DNA of 64,000 bases from an uncultured virus (IMG/VR IMGVR_UViG_3300021400_000104) (lineage: Duplodnaviria; Heunggongvirae; Uroviricota; Caudoviricetes), in the IMG/VR virus record IMGVR_UViG_3300021400_000104. One strand, 5' to 3'. Positions 58,878 through 64,000 of this stretch are shown here, piece after piece. Both the position numbers and the translations under genes were made by a program. The notes below the pieces were generated by a model, which was not told the DNA's origin, did no database searches, and saw nothing but the letters and a program-made list of their open reading frames with translations. Position 1 is the stretch's first letter; every line of letters begins with the position of its first letter.

Positions 58878-58996
58878 AGTTTTCTCCTTTTCTCCGGATT
58901 TTATCCGGTGTGGACTTTTCTTCTCGTTTACTATATTAATTATAGCATAATTTTTAAGAAAAATCAAATTATTTATTGGTTCCTTCCATTTGGAAG

Positions 58997-59527
58997 TGGT
59001 AGGAGGGGTGGGAGTTGAACCCACTCACCCAGAGGGAACGGTTTTTGGAGATAAATCTTAGATTTGAACTAAGTACTTATGTGTTTGAAAACCTTGATTA
59101 TTCGCAGTTGGTTCAGTTCTTAAAGAAACTTGATTTTTAGTTCCAAAACTACGAATATCAGACATTGGAATTACAAACAGGTTTAATTCATTATCAGCAC
59201 AAAACAAGATGTCTAAAGGATGCTCAAGAATGTTATCATAAGTTGTTCCTTTTGTGCCGCCTGTAGAACGGAAGCTAATTACTTTGTCTTTACTTGATGT
59301 AAACTTACATTGAACGGTTTGGAATATTCCGTCTTTCTCTATGATTAAATCATACCATTGAGTATCATTTAATGGAAGAGAAACTGTATATCCATTAGTT
59401 CCAAAATAAGCTATTGCAAGACTTAAACCCGCTTTTCCTCTGTCTTTATTTGTTTCTAACTACATTCGTATCCTCCCTTAGGAATTTACCACAGACCGCC
59501 GCGACTCGCCATCTTCGCCGCCCTCCC
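58997..59527 (-). tRNA. tRNA-Tyr(GTA) interrupted by ~445 nt insert (59046-59490)
   Basis: 5' half GGGAGGG..GCGGTCTGT and 3' half AAAACCGT..long variable arm..CCCTCCTACCA. Confidence 0.8.
59058..59465 (-). CDS. PD-(D/E)XK endonuclease (PDDEXK_5-like) inside tRNA-Tyr; codon 2 is TAG
   Basis: AAGGGAGG RBS; M(Q)LETNKDRGKAG..GYTVSLPLNDTQWYDLII..TVQCKFT. Confidence 0.8.
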
Positions 59528-59678
59528 ATTATTTGAGAAGTACCGCCCGCTTCTCCACCGCATGACATCCCTTAGCCGCCATGCTCCTACGGTTTCCTTA
59601 CAAACCGCCAAAGATTTTTCTAATCTTGTGTGAAGTAGTTACGAAAGGCGGGGTGTCACACGCATTGCCCTCTTTCTT

Positions 59679-59754
59679 TGGTGGGAAGAGAAGGAGTCGA
59701 ACCTTCGTTCTCGCGTTTTCAGCGCGGCGCGCCAACCGTGTACGCCATCTTCCC
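59679..59754 (-). tRNA. tRNA-Phe(GAA)
   Basis: Cloverleaf with CCA. Confidence 0.85.
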
Positions 59755-60377
59755 ATTTTAATACTGGTTTATTTTTTTGTTTACGCTTATCCAGTTGCGT
59801 ATCAAGGGATTCTACCTCCATCCGTCTTTATAAAGACGTCTGCAATCGGCTCTCCATCACGTCTAAAGCCGCAAGACTGGTTTTAGTGACTTTTCCTTGT
59901 CCCTTACTTTCTATAAAATTATATCATATTTTTTAAGAAAAGTCAAATCTTTGTTTGTCTCTTCTTTCCTTATGCTTATCAGGAATAATCTTAGTCATCG
60001 GGGGAACTTCCCACATAATTCGCTTTTGCTTATCAAACTCTCGCTGAGCCTTCTTAGACATCTTCTCATAAGGAACGAACTTCTGTTTCATTTTCTTTCC
60101 CCCTTTTCTATTATTATTATATCATAGTTTTTAAGAAAAGTCAAATAATTTTCTGTTTCTGTCTGGACAATATAGGCGCCTATATTGCCCGTTTAACGTT
60201 GCAGAACCAACGGATTTTTTAACTAAAGTTTTCTCTTCGGCGCATTCACCTCAGCACATATCGGGCAGAGTTCCCGTACTCTCTGCGAGTTAACATCACT
60301 TCGTAGATGTTCAACGCCAGTTCACTTAGAACTAGAAAGGCATTCTCGTTCTTCAGAACTCGAGAAGAAACTGGTAC

Positions 60378-60453
60378 TGGTGCCGATGACAGGGGTCGAA
60401 CCTGCAACCTCGAAATTAAGAGTTTCTTGCGCTACCAATTGCGCCACATCGGC
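60378..60453 (-). tRNA. tRNA-Lys(CTT)
   Basis: Cloverleaf with CCA; core identical to 50801 copy. Confidence 0.9.
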
Positions 60454-60596
60454 ATTTCGGTATTGAGGTCACGTGCCCTCTATCGGTCGTACCGTTCCGA
60501 CCGCCCCTTTCTCGTTGACGGAGATAAGACGAGTAACTCCGCTGCTTATTTCCAAGCAGTAAACTGTTGAGCTATTATATTCCCGCCCAATGGGTC

Positions 60597-60672
60597 TGGT
60601 GCCAGTAACCGGGGTCGAACCGATGACCTGCCGCGTATGAAGCGGATGCTCTACCAACTGAGCTATACTGGC
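60597..60672 (-). tRNA. tRNA-Met(CAT) (or Ile2)
   Basis: Cloverleaf with CCA. Confidence 0.85.
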
Positions 60673-60785
60673 ATTTAATGTGAACACCCTGCCACGATTC
60701 ACATACGAGCTATTCGACAGGCTCTAAACCCATCAAGCTCTCCCTCCATTTTTTACTCCTTCAAAAGGTGAATGGCTAAGACCTT

Positions 60786-60860
60786 TGGTACTCACGAGTG
60801 GGATTGAACCACTGACCTTTTCCACGTCAAGGAACTGCTCTCCCGCTGAGCTACTCGAGC
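60786..60860 (-). tRNA. tRNA-Val(GAC)
   Basis: Cloverleaf with CCA. Confidence 0.85.
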
Positions 60861-60999
60861 ATATTGAAACAGTTAATAGCAAGTCAAAAGAAACATCTTG
60901 TGTTTCGATTGTGCGTTTTAGACGCTGCTTCGCCGCCTGCCATCTATATCGGTAGTTAGCTTAACGCCGAGGTTATCGTACTCGGAATCTACGGTTAAC

Positions 61000-61074
61000 T
61001 GGTACCCATACTCCGAATTGAACGGAGATCACAACCTTAGAAGGGTCGTGTTCTATCCATTGAACCATATGGGC
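61000..61074 (-). tRNA. tRNA-Arg(TCT)
   Basis: Cloverleaf with CCA. Confidence 0.9.
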
Positions 61075-61098
61075 ATTTGGAGGACGCACCGCGCCTCA

Positions 61099-61851
61099 TT
61101 AAATTTGAGACCATTCAAGGTCAGACATTTTCTTTATGTCTGTTGTCCGTCTTGGTAAATTATAAAAATCACACCACTTACGAACTGCATTATCTGTCAC
61201 CCCATAATCTCTACCTATCGCAGAAAAATTAGAAGTTCTTAGTTTAATTTTTAATTCTTCTCTGGATGGACGTTTTGTTTCTCTCACTCTATCTCGAAGT
61301 CTTCGTGCTGCTTCACAAGATTTACAACGACAAGCCCCAAATGAAATTTCTCTCCCACAATCAACACAATAGTAAATCTTTCTTGATGTGTCGATAATTG
61401 GATAAGAAATACCAATCTACGGACGAGTTTCTCCTAAGTTAAGTAAACTTACTTCTCGTTGTGAAATATGAAACTTCTCTGCAATTTCTTGCTATGTCGC
61501 ACCGCCCCTCAATAAATCATAGATTTGAAGAACCTCCTAATCAGAAATCTTGAAATTTATCTCCGCCGGCGCATCCCCGCCAGCAGTAAGATTATATCCA
61601 AAATCTGAATTATTAGACTGATAAACTTCTATCCAATATCGCTCCAAGTTATTAAGGTCTGTCTTATCACACTCTACTAAAATTTCAAACGTGAAAGCAT
61701 CAAGACCATACTTCCTCATTGCTTTATATAGGTATCCATCTTCTGTCTAATATCTACTTCTATGCTCTTTCCATCTGCGAGAAATATTGACAGATTGCCC
61801 AATATACTTTTTCCCATTTATTGTATTTGTAATGACATAAATTCCAGTCAT
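61099..61851 (-). CDS. GIY-YIG homing endonuclease (~250 aa, TAG read-through)
   Basis: MTGIYVITNTINGKKYIGQS..RRWKEH..AMRKYG..GYNLTAGG; fragments 61537-61719 and 61099-61287 in frame. Confidence 0.85.
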
Positions 61852-61919
61852 TCTTCATCACCTCATAATATAAGTAACAAAGAAAGTTGAACTCTCAAAC
61901 TTTTTGAGTTCGAGATTTA

Positions 61920-61991
61920 AGCTCCCAATCCGACTCGAACGGATGACCACTGATTACAAGTCAGTAGTTTTACCAACTAAACTATAGGAGC
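61920..61991 (-). tRNA. tRNA-Thr(TGT)
   Basis: Cloverleaf. Confidence 0.9.
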
Positions 61992-61997
61992 ATTTAG

Positions 61998-62070
61998 CAC
62001 CCCTGACAGGAATCGAACCCGTATCTTGACGTCCGTAGCGTCACGTCCTAATCCGTTGAACGACAGGGGC
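61998..62070 (-). tRNA. tRNA-Arg(ACG)
   Basis: Cloverleaf. Confidence 0.9.
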
Positions 62071-62105
62071 ATTAGCTGCCGGAGCTATTGCCCCGGCTAA
62101 CTTAA

Positions 62106-62525
62106 TTACTTCTTATTTTCCCACGGACGAACGCCCTTACCTGCGATTACCACAGCGTACTTCATAAAAGAGTTACCTGTGTATTCTACCTTAGCTCCAT
62201 TCGCCTTCGCGAACGCTCTTGCATACTTAATATCGTTAAAACGATGAACGCAAGGGTTAGAATTATCTTTGCTGATAGTAATCTTCTTCTCCATTTTATT
62301 TCTCCTTTCATCATATGGAGCAATCTGACGATAACTTATTACGTCATCATCTCGCCAAACTCTCGCAATTCTTGAACCGAAAGTAAAACCATAAAGCATT
62401 CCTGCTGCTTTGTCATAAGAAATTTTTGCTCTTTCTGCAACTTCTTCAACGCTATGAGGCTCTCCATCAGAAAAAATGTGATAGATAAAAAGTCTTAATT
62501 CTTTAGCCTTTTCCTTACGGGTCAT
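62106..62525 (-). CDS. Hypothetical protein, HTH-like N-terminus (internal RBS/ATG near 62294)
   Basis: HSVEEVAERAKIS; promoter and RBS. Confidence 0.55.
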   Translation of the reverse strand: MTRKEKAKELRLFIYHIFSDGEPHSVEEVAERAKISYDKAAGMLYGFTFGSRIARVWRDDDVISYRQIAPYDERRNKMEKKITISKDNSNPCVHRFNDIKYARAFAKANGAKVEYTGNSFMKYAVVIAGKGVRPWENKK

Positions 62526-62671
62526 TTTATTTCCCTCTCTTTTCTCATTTTCTATATTTATTATAGCATATTTTTTGAAAAAAGTCAATTATTTTTCTGA
62601 TTTGGGAGTTACTTAAAAGTCATTTAAATCTAAGAATTCTCTAATTTTTTCCTCTCTTTTTATTATCTGTA

Positions 62672-62902
62672 TTAATAAAGTGGAACTGCTTTACACCAAA
62701 GAACTTCATCTACACTAAAGCCAGAGTAGTTCTGATTCTCATAAGTGGACTTCAGCTCCTCAAAGAGGTTCTTTTCATCCTCATCCTCCGGATTATATCC
62801 CCACTCGATAAGCTGATTATAAGCCGCATCATATGCCTTCTCAAGGCTCGAAAAAGCACGCTCTACGCCACAACCAATATCAAGAATCCATACTTTACTC
62901 AT
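62672..62902 (-). CDS. Small protein (76 aa), similar to 41786
   Basis: Promoter, RBS. Confidence 0.6.
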   Translation of the reverse strand: MSKVWILDIGCGVERAFSSLEKAYDAAYNQLIEWGYNPEDEDEKNLFEELKSTYENQNYSGFSVDEVLWCKAVPLY

Positions 62903-62965
62903 ATCTTCTCCCTCACTTTCTATAATAATTATAGCATATTTTTCGAGAAAAGTCAATCATTTATT

Positions 62966-63312
62966 TGGTGGAGGCGGAGGTGATCTGCCCACCTCGTCCA
63001 AGCATCCGCCACTTTATTTTCTACGAGTATAGTTAATCAGCTTTCTCTTTCTTCTCGTGCCGCCGACCAACAAATTACACGATATGTCATATTGCAAAAA
63101 CAAGCAAATCAACTGCAATAATCTTTTGATTGCCGGCACAACAAAATATTAAAGAGTCAAATCCGTGTGCAAGATGTGAACTCAAATCAAGTGCAGCTCA
63201 CGCTGCGAGTGCATAATTGTAATTAGCGTTTATTTTTAACTACGTTTTTAAGTTACGTTAAACTACCCGCTTATAAAGTTTAAGGACACCTGTCGAATCT
63301 AAATACGCCCCC
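62966..63312 (-). ncRNA. ssrA: tmRNA
   Basis: GGGGGCG..ATTCGAC 5' end, CGCCTCCACCA 3' end with G3-U70, tag ORF (A)ANYNYALAA-TGA after ATAAAC. Confidence 0.9.
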
Positions 63313-63336
63313 ATAATTAAGGAGATTTTTATCCCC

Positions 63337-63654
63337 TTAATCTCTCTTTACGAGATGATAGTCATACCAGTCACACTCTTTGTCACTTTCAAGAACGTCC
63401 TCAATAAACTCTGCTTCACTTGCGATAAAATCTTCAGTCAAATCATCCCAAAGGTCAGAGCCACCGCACCTCCGAATGAATCTTCCTGCGGGAACGCTTA
63501 AAAGCCCTTCAATCTTAACTTCAGGATAAATTTCAGAAAGCCACTCTTTTACCATATCATCAGTTACTGCATCTCGGATAAAATCTTCGATGGACTCATA
63601 TTCAACCTGAGTATCGTGGAAATCACCAATAGAAACTTCTACTCTAATCATCAT
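63337..63654 (-). CDS. Hypothetical acidic protein (~105 aa)
   Basis: AAGGAGG RBS. Confidence 0.6.
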   Translation of the reverse strand: MMIRVEVSIGDFHDTQVEYESIEDFIRDAVTDDMVKEWLSEIYPEVKIEGLLSVPAGRFIRRCGGSDLWDDLTEDFIASEAEFIEDVLESDKECDWYDYHLVKRD

Positions 63655-64000
63655 TATCCTCCTTAAAACTTTACTACATAAATCTTTATGATAGCCTGTC
63701 GCATATCGTCCCAATCATACTGAACAGTAACCTTGGCATGGACCTCCTATGCAAAGCGCTCTGCCTGAGCTTCAATAACAAAAAACTTCATCATCATAAC
63801 AAAGCCTCCTTCAGAGATATGGGATTTTCATTTACTATAATAATTATAGCATATTTTTTAGAAAAAATCAATTAATCATCATCAAAATTCTTGTCACAAT
63901 CTCCTGCTGCCTTACACATACACCATGCAAAGAAAGAAAATATTCCGCCAATAGCGATAGCAAGAAAAATGATAATCTTAGTAATCATCTTTATACCTCC

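Noticed and set aside
57227..59490. Canonical group I introns or bulge-helix-bulge introns in the tRNAs
   Set aside because: No P/Q/R/S core or terminal G, too little non-coding sequence, and junction geometry is not 3-4-3 BHB
59560..59670. HDV-like/theta ribozyme downstream of tRNA-Phe
   Set aside because: GCTAA and a P2-like helix exist but no convincing P1/P3 could be built
49815..60702. ORF-track proteins overlapping tRNA genes
   Set aside because: Chance frames across RNA genes
49100..62100. Amber suppressor tRNA(CTA)
   Set aside because: No decoded cloverleaf has CTA; plus-strand CTCTAAA at 55931 lacks D and T arms

Overview
64 kb of a large tailed phage genome, probably infecting Bacillota given its sigma-A-type promoters and strong GGAGG RBSs. 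It uses an alternative genetic code in which TAG reads as Gln (code 15), so the supplied ORF track is fragmented. 1-26.9 kb (minus strand): virion morphogenesis block with a large terminase split by a group I intron carrying a homing endonuclease, then portal, prohead protease/scaffold, major capsid, neck genes, five paralogous tail-tube-like genes and the start of a TP901-type tape measure gene. 27-45 kb: early/accessory region of small, apparently TAG-free, GC-richer genes. Most have their own TTGACA/TATAAT promoter, often in back-to-back pairs, and modules are separated by a dispersed palindromic repeat (CCCTAC-TTTTAGCGCTTTAAAGCGCTAAAGT). 45-64 kb (minus strand): 24 tRNA genes, tmRNA, two GIY-YIG endonucleases, a kinase-like gene and several aberrant tRNA-like RNAs. 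Most striking: tRNA-Asn and tRNA-Tyr are each split in the anticodon loop by a ~450-470 nt insert made almost entirely of a PD-(D/E)XK endonuclease ORF closed by a short terminal stem, leaving no room for a group I/II ribozyme. No CUA suppressor tRNA was found in this window. All calls come from reading the sequence by eye; no database searches were run.
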